Of a stretch of 64,000 nt of DNA, positions 13,317 to 27,191 are shown in pieces. This DNA comes from Paramecium tetraurelia (lineage: Eukaryota): contig CT868252.1 of the NCBI GenBank assembly GCA_000165425.1, forward strand, positions 434,001 to 498,000. Direction: 5' to 3'. The first letter of the stretch is position 1, and each line of letters opens with the position of its first letter. The notes beneath the pieces are model-generated. The model searched no databases and was not told the origin of the DNA. It worked only from the letters and a program-made list of their open reading frames with translations. A program made the position numbers and the translations under genes.

Positions 13317-14324
13317 TCAATGATGATGATGTCCCCCATTTGCATCTTACAATTTTAGTGTTCCTGTCTTGCCTACAACAACCTGTAAATTGCCAAATTA
13401 TCTTCCCACAATAGGCATTCCTTCAGCCATCTCTTCATTAATTTCATCAATAATTTCTCTCAAATGACCTCTGTATAATGATTAGAAGAAGTAAGGGAAT
13501 GCCAAAAACACCAAGAAGAAATTTCTTACCCATCTAAAGAAAATTCTATAGTCATTAAACTTAATAATATTAGGCTTTCATACTTTTAAGTATTCGTAGT
13601 CGACTACTGCATTTTAATGCAAATATGACCATTCTTTGAATGTTCTCTCTTCAGTAGACCAAACTCTAAAATATTAAGCATCCTCAGAAGTGATACGATG
13701 CTCTGTTTCAAATGGATTTTGTTTCATATTGTGATATAATGGTCTGTGATATTAACCAACACCCATTAAGGAATTTCCTCTTACATAACCTTTGTTTGGT
13801 CTTGGGACACCTTGAATGATTAAACTATATTTTACCTCCTTTGTATCTGCCAAAATCATCTACATTAAAAACTGATCTCTCTTTTTTCAAATACTCTTGC
13901 TTCTCTTTGGCATAATCTGATGCCACTTATCCTGGCCTTTTGTATGTACCATCATCATTTCTTTAGAATGATTATTTATATCTTTCCATTTCTTCACCAT
14001 ACAATAGCTCTGGTTATTCTTTATTCAAAAGATCGTAAGCATTTCTGCTTTGTATTTGTGAGAGTACTGCAAAGGCTTCAGCCACATCCTAGAACCCTTA
14101 TTGGGCTTATACATCATTTATAGCCACAGATGTAGTGACATTTGGATAGAGTCTAATATGCTTGTATTTGAGATGTACTTTTGTGCTTTCTATGCGTAAG
14201 CTTCTTTGATTTATTCCTCTGTGGCAGTCTTTGAGATCCCCAAAATTGCATAATAATCCTTTCTTCTTCCGAAAAATTAGACTTGTTTTAGTGGCAAGTT
14301 GAATAAGCCTCTTGATAATATCAT
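13317..14324 (-). CDS. Mitochondrial-type J-domain-like membrane protein (HPD replaced by YPN), about 310 aa
   Basis: Basic N-terminal presequence-like segment, KDYYAILGISKTATEEQIKEAY..KLYPN..FQDVAEAFAVLS..RNAYD. One TM (WVRNFFLVFLAFPYFF), C-terminus GGHHHH; three introns (26, 25, 24 nt). Confidence 0.85.
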
Positions 14325-14368
14325 TATTATATATATATATTTATTTATATATATTTATTTCTTATTCA

Positions 14369-17300
14369 TCATTGGTGCTATTATTATTGAAGATTTGCAA
14401 TTAGATTATCCTTCTCATCCAATTAGCTTCTCAACCCTTCACATTCTGTAAATTGCATAGTTAAAATCATCATACAATCTTAGACTCTTAAAATATTAAT
14501 AAATAATCCTACTTTTTATTTAACTCATCCACAGTGTTCAATTGTTCCTAATACTTATTGATATCCTCCTTTTGTCTTTCAACTATTTCTTATGATTCTT
14601 AATATTTTGGTGATATGACTTGGAACTAAGATCAAACACATTAATACTTTCTCCTCAAAAGGAGTCAGATAAGCTATTCTGTCTTCTAATTTCTACATCA
14701 ATTAACGTAATTCTTCCAATTCCTTCTATCTTTAATTCACGATTGCATTTAATCTATCCAAGTCAGCTAAATATTATTTATTTAAATTGTCCAACTGGTC
14801 TGTTTAGGTCTTCAAAACTTCATGTTCTCTCTTAGTCTATTCTAATTCAGCAATTCTATGAATTAATTTAAAGTTATACCTTTTATTTAATTCATCGATA
14901 GTTTAGTTTGCTTATTACAATTATAGATCCAAAGCACCAAACTATGAATTTAATTCATCATATTAATGAGTCTTTTCTCTTAATTATTCAGTCAATCTCT
15001 CGATATCTTTTAATTACTAATTAAATTTGTTTTCAATATCTTTGTATCTGGCTTCATTTTGTTTGAACTCTTAGATTTATCTTTCTAATTCTTATAAATC
15101 TTGTCTCATGTCATTATTCTCGCTCTACAATTATTCAATATCTTTATTGGCATTATTTAAATCACTCTATAAGTTATTATTTTATGTTTGTGCTTATGCC
15201 AACTTATCTAAATTCTATTGATGTTGAGCCAATAATTACTCGTAATCTTAAGTTTTCTTCCTCTCTTCCTCGTAATCATGAACTAAATTGCCCATTCTTT
15301 CATTTAATGCTTCCAAAGCATCATCCTTAACCTTCATTGTCATTTCTTGCTGATTCAAATTCCATTTGTGAGTGTCTATATCAATTTAATTTTATTGAAT
15401 AATTTTATTTAATTTTTCAATATCATTCTAGAGTTATTAAACTCTCTATTCTGCCTACTTATATCTCTCCTCTAAAACTCTATATTAATCTTCTAAAGGT
15501 TATAATTATTAATATTTTAATTTCCAATCATTTAAGTCTTGTGTTCTTGAGTCAAGCAATTATTTTAGTTTGTTTAACTCATCTTATGCATTCTATAACT
15601 ATTTCTCTAAATCAGTAACATAATTCTCAAGAGATTTCAATTTATTAATTTCATTTTCCAATTATAAAATTTATTGTTACAATTAGTCATTCTCTTTCAA
15701 CAAAGAAGTTATTTGATCATTTTGTCTTTATATTTCTTTAGCTTAATTTTAAATGAGAATATCTTAATCCTATAGTCTTCTCTCATTTGCTTATGCCTAT
15801 AATAATTGTAAATCTTATTAAGCAACCCTTCTCTTTAAATCATCAATCAACTTTTGATATTCATTGATTTTGTCTTCTAATAGTTTGCATTTCAATTCTA
15901 CTCCCCTTAATTCACTGATGGTGTATTCTAACTCTGTACATTTCTTTTACAAATCCATTAATTGTTACAATCTTTACTTATTCTATTGGTTTAATCTACT
16001 GATGTCATCATTCTTCTGTTAAAGTGCATTTTTCAAATCATTTAATTGCTACTCCAAAATCTATTTATCAGTTAACAACTGATCCAATTACTCTTTAATT
16101 TATTTAATAGTGAGTTCTCTCTCTTCTCTTTCTGAATTAGCTGCATGTAGATCTCCTTGTTATTATCCAGCTCTTTCATTTAACTCATTAATTTTATTAT
16201 TCAATTATTCATTCTGACTCTTCAAACTCATAATTTCATCCCTATTATTCATGATATCATCATTTAATTTATTGATTTAATCCTCTAAATTGCGAATATT
16301 GTCATTGCATTTTTGAAGCTATTAATTCAAATAGTTGATTTCATTGATTCTGCCATTTAAATCTCCTTATAACTTCTCAATTTCTCTATTTAATTACTTG
16401 ATCATTTGATTCAATTGATTAATTTAATCTAAAAGGTTTTTATTGTCTTGTTCTGCTCTTGCCAATTTTTCCTTAAGGGAGTTATTTTGAGCATCTTTGT
16501 CTCTCAACAATCCATTTAATCTATCGATTTCTCTAACTTGCTATTGTGATAATTATGTCAGTTAATTCAATTTCTATTCTGATCCATTTTATTGATTTCC
16601 TAGATTGTTGTATTTATTCTCAAGTGTTGAATATTTGTTTCTCCAATCATTTAGATCACGATCCCTTTATTGCAATTAGTTACTTAAATCATTAATTTTA
16701 CTTTCATATTGAGATTTCATAGAAGTGAATTATTACTGCAAAGTATTGTATTTATTCTTCCAATCATCACATTCAAGTAACTTATTTTTTAAATCATTTT
16801 TTAACTTATCATTTTCAGCATTTCTTTCATTTAACAATTTAGTCAATCTGTCTATCTCTGATTGTAATGTATTAAATTTGTTTTCATAATCCCTAATTCT
16901 AACTTCATAATCTCTAATTTATTTTTATAATCCATCCAAATTCCTTCCTGAGTTGTTTTTCAAATCATCCAATTCTCTCTATCTTTAAGATAGTAAATCT
17001 TGTAGTCTCTTCATTTCTGAATCCCATGATGACTTATCTGTTGAATATTTACTCTTCCATTAATTAATATCTCTTTCATAATCTGTGATCTTACGTTCAG
17101 CATCTTTTAATCTCTAAGCAAGTGAATTATCAACCTACCCTAATCTTGACTTGTAATCAGCGATCTCTGTCTCCAACTACTTGATTCTTATTAAATGTTT
17201 GTCAATATCAGATTTGTATTGCGTTATATCTCTATTTGCTTAATCTAATTTTGCTTGTAATTCCCTTACTCTAACATCTCCGCCCTCGCTCTAACTTTCC

Positions 17301-17672
17301 AATTCCTTAATTCTTTTAATGAGAGCATCATTCTCTCTCATTACACGATCATTTTCCAGAGCTAAAAGGAAACACACAACTTCTGGGTATTTTCCTAACC
17401 ATTTTCTCTCCCCTGATGGTGGTGCCATTTGAACACTTCATATAAATAACTATTTACGCTGTAGCAGGTGGTGCTTTAATTGTACTTGATCTTCTACCAT
17501 CCGATCTCTCAAATGTACTTGTAGTGTTCGTTTGTGGTACTGACAAATTCGATGATGTTGTAGTTGTTGTGACTTATGTTCTGTAGCTAGATTAAGTTGT
17601 AGCCGCTTGATTCTAATTTATGCCACTCGAACCAAGTGTAGAGGGTCTATATCTACTTGTGTATGAAGACAT
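14369..17672 (-). CDS. Large coiled-coil protein (about 1050 aa) with S/T-rich head and recurring EI(D/E)RL motifs, probably cytoskeletal/cortical
   Basis: MSSYTSRYRPSTLG start, then LLALENDRV, SEIDRLTKLL, REIDRLNGLL, DIERLTELI; TGA 14369-14371. Confidence 0.8.
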
Positions 17673-18142
17673 TTATTTATTAAATAAAAAAATAAAATAA
17701 ATTCAATGATCCAAGATATTTACTATATGAAATACATTTATTTATAAATTTTTATCACATTTTCTTTATATGCTAATCAACTGCAAACATATTTCCTATT
17801 AACCCATCAACTACTTTCTTCATATCCAGAATTTCCTTTAATTACCTACCAACTTAAAAAAAAAGGCATGACTTATAAAGGAACTTGATTTAAATAAGAT
17901 ATTTTTTACTGATATCATTAATTAAACTAAAACTAGGAAAGAGCTGAAATGATTTTATCAAACCTATAGTAGTCTTTTGAACTGTATCTAAAAATCTTAA
18001 GGGTTATACTTTATTTAATTGAGCAAATATATATTCTGGTATCAATTTTATTATATTCTTATAATCCATTTCAGAAATACGACAGAATAAGTAATATTTT
18101 AAATTACATTTCAGCTATGATTATAATATTATTTCCTTCAAA

Positions 18143-19997
18143 ATGTTTCAAATTTTTTCATCAAATTTAAATTCCGAACCAAAAGCTCAACCACTTACAA
18201 TAATTTCAAATAATAATCAAAGTATGGCGACATATAAATTTAGTAGATGAATTAAATTAATAAGGTTTATTCAATCAAGCAATTTCTTAAGACAATTAAG
18301 ATCAAAATACGAAACTAGGTTAAATTTCTGCCTAATTAAAGATTGGTTTAATAGTTAATTAACATCTTAGGTAAATAACTAATGGATTAAAATAAATTTC
18401 ATGAAGCAATCTAGATTTATACTAATATTTTGGGAATAGATTCATATAATATTGCTGCTTTATTTGGTTATGGTATCAAATTATCTAACAGAAGGTGATG
18501 CCCTAACAATATTGAAAGAGTTTTAATAGGCTCTAGAATAATATAGAAAAATAAAAAAACTTAAGAAAGATTTAATAATTGTCTTTTTAAAAATAGGTAA
18601 CTAGGCTACAATAATCATTAGGATTAACATTAGGTTCTATGGGGTAAAATAAGAAGGCTTTGAAGTATTTTATCAAAGCTTAGAATGAAATTATGGAAGA
18701 TCATAAATTAGAATGGACAAGAAGTAAATTAGGCTAGATTATTATTTTAAAGGTAAAGAAGTAGAAATCAATGAACTGTTAAGACAAACTCTTAATTACT
18801 TTAATATTCAAAGCTTAAATAAAGAGGAGTTATTAGTATATGGTACAATTTCATAAAGCATTATTTCAGCACACATTTTAATTCGTTTCAAGCATTATGA
18901 TGAAGCTTAACATATTTTGAACTAATTAAAAAGTTCTAATCCAAATAATGATTAAATATTTTGTTTAGAAGCGGACATCTTATTAGTCTCAGCTAAATTT
19001 GATGAAGCTGAATTATCACTTAATAAGGCAGTAAAAATCAATCCAAACAGCTGTTATACTTGGGTTAAATTAAGTAAATTATTTTAAAATCATTTTTACA
19101 GCAATGATTTTAATAATATAAGGCAAATATATAGAAGCGTTATCTCAATTAGATAATGTAATATTAAAAGCGTTCCCTCACAATCTTGATTCACTATTTT
19201 TTAGAAGTAAAAATTTAACTTTATTTAATGAGGCGAAATCTTAAGAGCTCTATAATTATTTTAAGAAGCAATTGTAGGGTACAATAAGTGCATATCTTAT
19301 AATGAGAACTACAGAGACGCTTATAAATTTAAGGGTAAATGGTTGCAATTATGTTAAGCTGATGCGTTAAGGCATTTAATGTAATATGAGGAGGCTTTGG
19401 AAATTTATAATTTTCTCCTTTAGGATGATCTTCAAAATTCTGATATTTTATATGAAAAAGGTAAAAATGAATATTATCCTTAGCTTGTACATTTATGGAG
19501 AAGAAAGAATATGATGAGGCTCATAAAATATTTGATTAAGTTTTGGCGTTACAACCTAACAATCTAGATGCATAAGTTAAATAAGGTAAAGATTAAATAA
19601 ACTTTTTAGGAGATATTCTATTAGTACTAGGTTTGTTCGATGATTCGCTAGAGATCTATGATAAAGTTCTTTCAATATAACCAAACCACTTTTTTGCTCT
19701 TTGGGGAAAAAGTAATTAAGAATTGTGTTTTTAGGTGAGTCTTTAAGAGGTATGTAGAAATATAATGAATCTTTAATTTGTTATGATACAGTGTTAAAAT
19801 AAAGATCAATGTATCCATATGCCTATCATTATAAGGGTAAAAAAATATATATTTCATTAGGACTTGCTTTATAGTAATTGAATAGAGATGAGGAGGCAAT
19901 AAATAATTTCATATCAGCTCTATCAATACATCCGGAGCTTAAATAATCCAAAGAGGCTCTACAAATTTCATAATTGAAGCTAGCAGAACGAAAATGA
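18143..19997 (+). CDS. TPR-repeat protein (510 aa, 14 exons)
   Basis: Spliced frame gives TPR consensus repeats, e.g. GDILLVLGLFDDSLEIYDKVLSIQPNHFFALWGK. 13 GT..AG introns of 22-29 nt. Confidence 0.9.
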
Positions 19998-20343
19998 TTT
20001 AAATAATTATTTAAAATACAATCTATTGTTGATCTTTCAGATCTAAAATGCAATACTGAATTAGGCTGTTGGGTATTTCATATAACTATTTTTTATTACA
20101 ATAAAACATTCTGTCAAATATTATTTAAATGCACTGAGTAGATATAGAAATGACTTGAATTTCAATTTTAATCTAAAATAATTTAATAAATAAGAAAAAT
20201 ACTTTACGTTTCTAATTAAATATGCCTCTTAAATTTATTTAAATTATTATCAACCATCCTAAAAATTATGAAAATTATCTTATGCTTATGTTTTATTTTA
20301 TATTATTAGATATTAAAAATCAATAATAAATAATTAATATCCA

Positions 20344-21602
20344 TCATTCTTAAAATTAATCTTATATATTAATATTAAGAACTCTTGTCATAATTTCTAA
20401 GGCTCCACGTAATTATGGATCTTTAGTAGGATCTTTTAGCTTTTCTAGTGCTAATCTTTTCCTGTTATCTACTAAGTCATGTTTTATTTTTGAGGCTTTT
20501 TGACTGCTTTCCAATAGTAATACCTTTTCTTATTCTAGTTTGCTAATTAATTAATAATAATTTAATACTCTTGATTTAATATCAGTTTGGATTCTCGAGT
20601 AACAATGGAACTTTTATTAAAATTGAATTTCTATTATAATAATTCATTTAGTCTTTATGCTCGTTTTTTCTCTTAATAAATTATAGATAACATACTTAAA
20701 CTTCAGATTCAGCCTAATCATCCATATTTGAGAGGGTCTTTCCAATCAAATTCTTCTCAATATATTCTATTTTCTTTCTCTTATCTTCCAATTTCTTGTC
20801 TTCAATCTTTTACTCTTCGCTCTTCTTTTCTGGAGATAATTTTTCTATTCTTTTATCTCTGACCGTTTCAAATTTTTACAGAGTTAACTTAATTAACTTT
20901 AAATTCTCTTCAGAGTTAGCGTCTAAAACTCTGATATCTTCACTTAACTGCAATAAATTATAACGAAGAGCAGTGACATCCTTCAAAAAGCTCATACATT
21001 ATTAATCATCTAAAATCTTATGGCCGGCCTACCTCATCATTAACATGTAAAGTTCTATGCGATCTCTTAAGTATTGGAGCATCTCATTAAATAAATCCAC
21101 ATTCTTATCATATACTTTTTCTTCCTAATGAGGATCTATGTGCTCTGGGTTATGCTCTTATAAATGTTTAATAGGTGACTACTTAAGTCCAATCTACTCA
21201 GGGTTCTTTTTGAATTCTTATAAAATGATTGAACCTATCTAATCAATCAGAACTATAGTATCCTCCAATCTTTAATTAAACATTCCCTTTTTTTTTGGCT
21301 GTTCCATTAAATCCATTAATAAAAAAATCCTTTTGAGTCGAAACTTATCAAGTAGCAAATTCTTTAATTAGTTGCATTTTTCCATTATTATTTTTAGTAA
21401 ATCTCTAATGACAACATGTTACATAGTCCTATCTAAATTAATTTCAATAATTCTTACCTCTTCTTATGAAAGCATCAAATTAGACATAAGGTAAGCCCTC
21501 GAATAAATTAGCTCTATCTATTTCGGTATGCTTAAAGATTCGATACCTGCCCACAGGTCCATTTGATCTTCTCAGTTATTAATTGCTCGTATATTTCTTC
21601 AT
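20344..21602 (-). CDS. Hypothetical coiled-coil protein
   Basis: ATG 21602 (MKKYTSNQQLRRSNGPVGRYRIFKH), open in code 6 with tiny introns, ends INIQDQFQE-TGA. Confidence 0.7.
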
Positions 21603-21720
21603 TATATAATTTTAAAATATTGCTTAATAAAATATATATTTAGTTTCTTTTGTGTTTGTGAAACTCAATTAATCTGTCTACTGAAGAAGGCTGTATTGAA
21701 TTTTTAAAGATTAACTAAAA

Positions 21721-23206
21721 TCATATTTCAATTTTCTATTAAAACAATTTTTCAAATACACTTGCAGGTCCTTGGGAATCAAAAAATTAGTTTAACTTTA
21801 ATTTCTCTCTATTAATTTATTTATTAATTATTACCTATTATATTCTCTTACATCAGGCACACCAATCATCCCTTATAAATAGGTTTGTAAGCCCCACAAC
21901 TCTCGGTCATCTTTATTATCATAATAAGGGACTATGGGTATTCCATTATCTAATTGCCAAGCATAACTATAAGCAGCATTATCAATCAGAACTATTTGAC
22001 TCAATTGTCTATCAAAAATTCTAAGATCCTTTGTGTACATACCCCCTGTTGTCATAATACAGTTGTCTCTAAAAAGACGATGCGAGATTAGTTTGTTCTC
22101 TGGATCCAAATAATCTAAGACCTATTGGGCATAGCATGAATGAGAAGCCGTAAAGACTATAATTTCAAAATCGTCAACTAAGGATTCCAATAGTTCTACA
22201 GCTCCTGGACGGATATTTACTCCAGCCTTAACCATCTCATTTGGACCAACTTGTATGTTTAAAACAATGTCAGATTTTTATAGTAACGATTCATTACAAT
22301 GTACCAGAGTTTCATCCAAATCAAAGATCACAGAGATTTTATCTAATGTTGAATAAGATTAATGATACTTCTGTATTTTTCCTTTTATTTTAATTGGACT
22401 GTCTTTTTCTTTAGATCGTTGGGGTCAACTGGCCTGAGATATGAAGCAACATAAATTCCTTAATAAGTTTGAAAAAAATGTTCCCTATAAATACAGCTAA
22501 AATAATCGTCTCTTAGAGGACGAGTAAACACCTATCTAATCTTGCCCAAATAATATTGAAATTGACTATTTTCCTTGTTTTCCTTATTAAATTTAATGCT
22601 TTCAAAATATTTTGATTCTCGATTAGATAATTACTATGATTGCTGCAGTGACAATTATCTGGAATGTTGAGGAGTGGTTTGATGTGATTGAGCCTTCTTG
22701 GGTTTCTGAAGCATTGCATTGTACAATTTTTTATAATTTTAATCTTTGGAACCTATTGATTGTTATCGTTTGTGTTATACAGAGGTAGGAGCTTTCAATT
22801 CAGAAGTTTGAGGTCTTATGTCTGTGCCAATAGGAGATCTTGAAGACTGTTTAAACATGTTAAGTTCTAAGTTTGGAGTTACTTTAGTGACAAGTTGATT
22901 TAACAGCGATTAACTTTTTGAATAATTTCTGGTCGGTGTATCACGCTTTTGTTGCAGCAGTTAATTATACTTTTGCATAGCTGCTACTAACTCTAGATTT
23001 GACATTTGTTTCTTCTTTTGTTGATTCTCCTTACAAAATTATTGCTTTAAGAATTCCTTCCCAAAAATGTTCTTATTGGAATTCGATTTGGTCGACATAT
23101 TTCTAACAGAGTTAATGAGATCCAACTTCTAACTCTTCAGATTTTAACTAGCTTTTTGCAAGATGTCAAAAACATTATTCGTCTCAATTTGAGGTTTCTG
23201 CTTCAT
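21721..23206 (-). CDS. CTD small phosphatase-like (NIF/FCP1-SCP HAD family)
   Basis: IFDLDETLVH, NIRPG, VFTASHSCYA, HRLFRDNC, KDLRIF, IVLIDNA, DNGIPI; low-complexity N-terminus. Confidence 0.93.
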
Positions 23207-23636
23207 TATTTATATTATATAATAATTCTCTATAATTATATATCACCCTTAAATATAAAAAAAACAATTTGGAATTAGAAAGTATACTATCGAATTCCAT
23301 CTTGATGAAACTTCAGAAGAGTTTAAATTTATTTAATTAAGAAAGAAGAAAAATCTTACATATTTCATCCAAGAAATGGAGAATTATTCTAACTTACAGA
23401 CTTTCTAAGATTTGCTTTTTTTTATTATTCTTGGAAGACTAATTTTTTAATGTAAAATAAAAGATTAAGTTATGCATTTGTAGAATTTATTTATTATAGA
23501 ATTAATTTATAAGAAAGAACATTCCTGAATTATTTAGTTTATGATGAAAACCTAGCCTTGAATGTTCAAGTTTATGAAAAATATATGTTTAACATAACAG
23601 TAAAATTAATTTGATTAACACTAACTATATATTAAT

Positions 23637-25115
23637 TCAATAATTCTTAAATCTATCTTTGATAAGTTCAATTAAAGTGTTTAAATCTGATTTTACAAAT
23701 TTATTTAAGCCTCTTGTGTCCTCTATTTATGTTAATGCCTTCCCTTTATTTTTTTCTTGAGATAATTTCAAATTTTTCATTTCCTCGAGTAAGGTCACAG
23801 TATATTCTTCATATAAAATTGAAAAATAGTTTGATATTTAGTAATCCTATACACCCAAATCAAGAAAATCAAGGATATTATTATTCTTACTTTGAATAGC
23901 TGTTTCATATAAGTTAGCTAAAAATATTAGCAATTCTTATTAATAATTGAAGTATTTGAAGTTTTCTGGCTTAATGCAAACCTTTTAGTTAGAGTAAGTA
24001 ATATTTAGTTGAACTGATGAGAAAGCATTAGACAAAACACTTCGAAAGTTAACACAATACTCAGCAAATTCCTGATATTTATTCTCAATTGACTAAATCA
24101 ATCGTGATATCGAGACTAGCTGACTAATTTACTATTAAACTGTAAAAGATAAATTGACCATAAACTCTTGATGTTGTGGGACATAAGTCTATAGAATTGA
24201 TTTTCTCAAATCAATAACTTCTGTTAGGCACCATGGATGTCTAAATATGTCTTCAAAAGATGCTCTTTTTTTAGGATCCTCAACTAGCATTTTGCGTATT
24301 AAGTCAACGCATTCAGAAGAGATTCCAAGTTATTCTGGAAAATTAATCTATTGATATTATTTATGGTTACATTTTATTTTTCAATTTCATTAATTAGATC
24401 TGTGACCGTTCCTTTTTTTGAAACAAACGGTGGTTATCCATAAAGGATTTAATAAATCATTATGCCTAAAGACCAAATATCACATTTGTGATCATAATTA
24501 TCATATTTCCTATAGAATTATTATAAAATTAATACTTAAGTATTTCCGGAGCCATCGTAATCGGAGTTCCACAATAGGATTCAAGTAAATCAGTAGTTAC
24601 TGATTTAGCAAATCCAAAATCCCCTAATTTTATTTACATTTATTCATTTATGAGAATATTAGCAAGTTTGAGATCTCGATGAACGACATTTTTTAAACGC
24701 AATATTTTCATAGCATCCAATAATTATAGTATAATAGGTTTAGCTTCATTTTCAGGCAATCTATTTTTTGCAGAATTCTTTTTGATGTACTTTTCTAAAT
24801 CACCAAGAGCACAATACTCAAGTATCATATTAATTGAATCAGAAGTATATTGTACTTCCTTCAATTATACTATGTTTTAATGTTTAATGGATTTCATAAT
24901 TTGAATTTCTTAGTTAAACAGCTCTAACATTTTGTTTTTATGGGGACCTTCTTACATGTCTGTACTAATTTATTTGATCGCTACTATCTCCTTAGTTTTT
25001 AGATGTTAACCTTGATAAACTATAGCGAATGCTCCCTAGGAAAATGTTTAATAATTCTAAGTACCTTGCCAATGACCTTTAAAATTTAATAATTCTGAAT
25101 TGGATGCTTGCTCAT
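23637..25115 (-). CDS. Ser/Thr protein kinase (ULK/Atg1-like or CAMK group)
   Basis: [47 protein letters not shown]; helical C-terminal extension. Confidence 0.93.
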
Positions 25116-25327
25116 TATTTAAAATAATAAAGTTGGTTTATTCTCTTAATTTATATTCTGATTGTTTTTATAAATTCTATTATGGAATAGTATAATAAAA
25201 TTTAAATCGATGAAAGTTCCTATAGTAAAATTAGATCAATTTTTTAAGTTTTCTGTATTAGAATAAACCACATATATATGTTAATAATTAACAGTATACA
25301 TAAGAAATTAATACATAAATTAATTTG

Positions 25328-26393
25328 ATGATGAATCATTTAAGAAATTGTGGAAAATTTTCAACTCTTGTGTTCGCTGATCATTCAAGTGGAAAATTAT
25401 CAAAGTCAACTCTTAAAATCTTAAATGCTGCCAAACTATTGAATTAATAGATCTCTTTATTAGTAACAAGCAATGATGCCAACTCTGTGGTTGATTAAAT
25501 CAAATCTTCAATACCCAGCAATGTTGTACACTAAGTGCTAGTAGCGCAACATGATTCATTCAAAGCACCATAAGCAGATGTGTTAGGCAATTTGGTTAAA
25601 TAGTTGATTGATTAACATGGATTCACCAATTTTGTTACAAGCACCTCTACTTTAGCAAAAGACTTTTTACCTAGAGTTGCCGTTAAATATGCAGCTTAGC
25701 CAATTACTGATGTTATAGCGATAAATAACGATGTATTTTTGAGACCTGTTTATGCAGGAAATGCAATAGCTCAAGTGAAATCAAGTGACAAAGTCAAATT
25801 CATTTCATTTAGACCTACAAATTTTGAAGAAGTATGTGATTATATAATAATTAGATTTAACAAACTGGTGAAAAAGTGACAAATATAGTGTAAGTAAAGG
25901 TTGAGAATACAAAATAATTGATTGAGCATGTTTCTGATGAATTAGTATAAAGCGATAAGCCAGAATTAACTACTGCTAAATTTGTATTTATAGTATTCAT
26001 TATTAGATTGTTTCAGGAGGAAGAGCCTTGGGAAGCAAGGAAAATTTCAAAATATTAGATGAATTAGCAAATGCTTTGGGAAATACAGCTATTGGTGCTT
26101 CTAGAGCTGCAGTTGATGCTGGATATGCTGCAAATGATTAGTAAGTTGGATAAACAGGAAAAGTAGTAGCCCCTGAATTATACATTGCTGTAGGAATTTC
26201 AGGAGCTATTTAGCATCTGGCTGGAATGAAAGATTCTAAAGTCATCGTTGCTATCAATAAAGGTATTCTAATATTAATAAAATTTATAGATCAAGAGGCT
26301 CCAATTGTAAGTGTAGCTGATTATACAATTGTTGATGACTTGTTTAAAGTAGTGCCAGAGTTAACAAAGAAAATAAAAGAAATTAAATAATGA
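25328..26393 (+). CDS. ETFA: Electron transfer flavoprotein alpha subunit (mitochondrial)
   Basis: [85 protein letters not shown]. Confidence 0.97.
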
Positions 26394-26801
26394 TATAAAA
26401 GAAGTATTAATATATTTTAATAATCATTCCACAGATTCTTCTATCTAGATAATCTATAATTTCTTAAATTGAGTTCTTTAATATAAATATCACTCAGCTG
26501 GTCCAACTTAAATACTTTACTGAGTTTTTATAATTTTGTAAAAAATAGCAAATTTATAAATTATTTAGATATGTTACAAATTTTAAGAAAAATAAATTTA
26601 AAGCTTTAAAGATTGACTCTCTGAATGAATAAATTTTAGCACTCTAATATAAGCGATGAGGAGATACCCATTACTATGAAATATGGTAAAAAAGTCAAAA
26701 TGTATATTTTTTTCCTAAATTCACAAATTAAATTATCTAATTTATTTTTTAAAGACAAAATTATTGATTTTATTACGCTATTAAATATTAATTATACTGT
26801 A

Positions 26802-27122
26802 ATGATTGGTAATAGAGCTAAAGAATTTTTTATAATAAATGAAAGATAATAATTCTATCTAATTGGAGATTTCTGCAATCACATAATAAATATGGTTTAA
26901 ATCAAAAAGCAATTAGCAATTAATGAATGGAATCGCCTTTAAAGGGACTATAAAAATTTCATACTTATGAAGATTCCCTAGTTCTATCAATTAAATAGTG
27001 CCCCTTCAAAAATTATACTTTAAAAGATAAACACACTTAAGGTTGGCGATATTACAATAAATAAATTAAGAAATCAGGGTTTCTCTATGGATATACAATA
27101 ATACTTAGAGTATTATGAGTGA
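26802..27122 (+). CDS. Possible small hypothetical protein (106 aa) or decayed gene fragment
   Basis: Open code-6 frame MIGNRAKEFFII...QQYLEYYE; no recognisable motif. Confidence 0.25.
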
Positions 27123-27191
27123 GAGGATTGATAAAGAGAATATTTGAAAAAAGGCAAAAGTAATTGTGAGTTTATATACTTATTATAATAT

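Noticed and set aside
23230..23630. Coding-like fragment between the CTD phosphatase and kinase genes
   Set aside because: No coherent gene model could be built.
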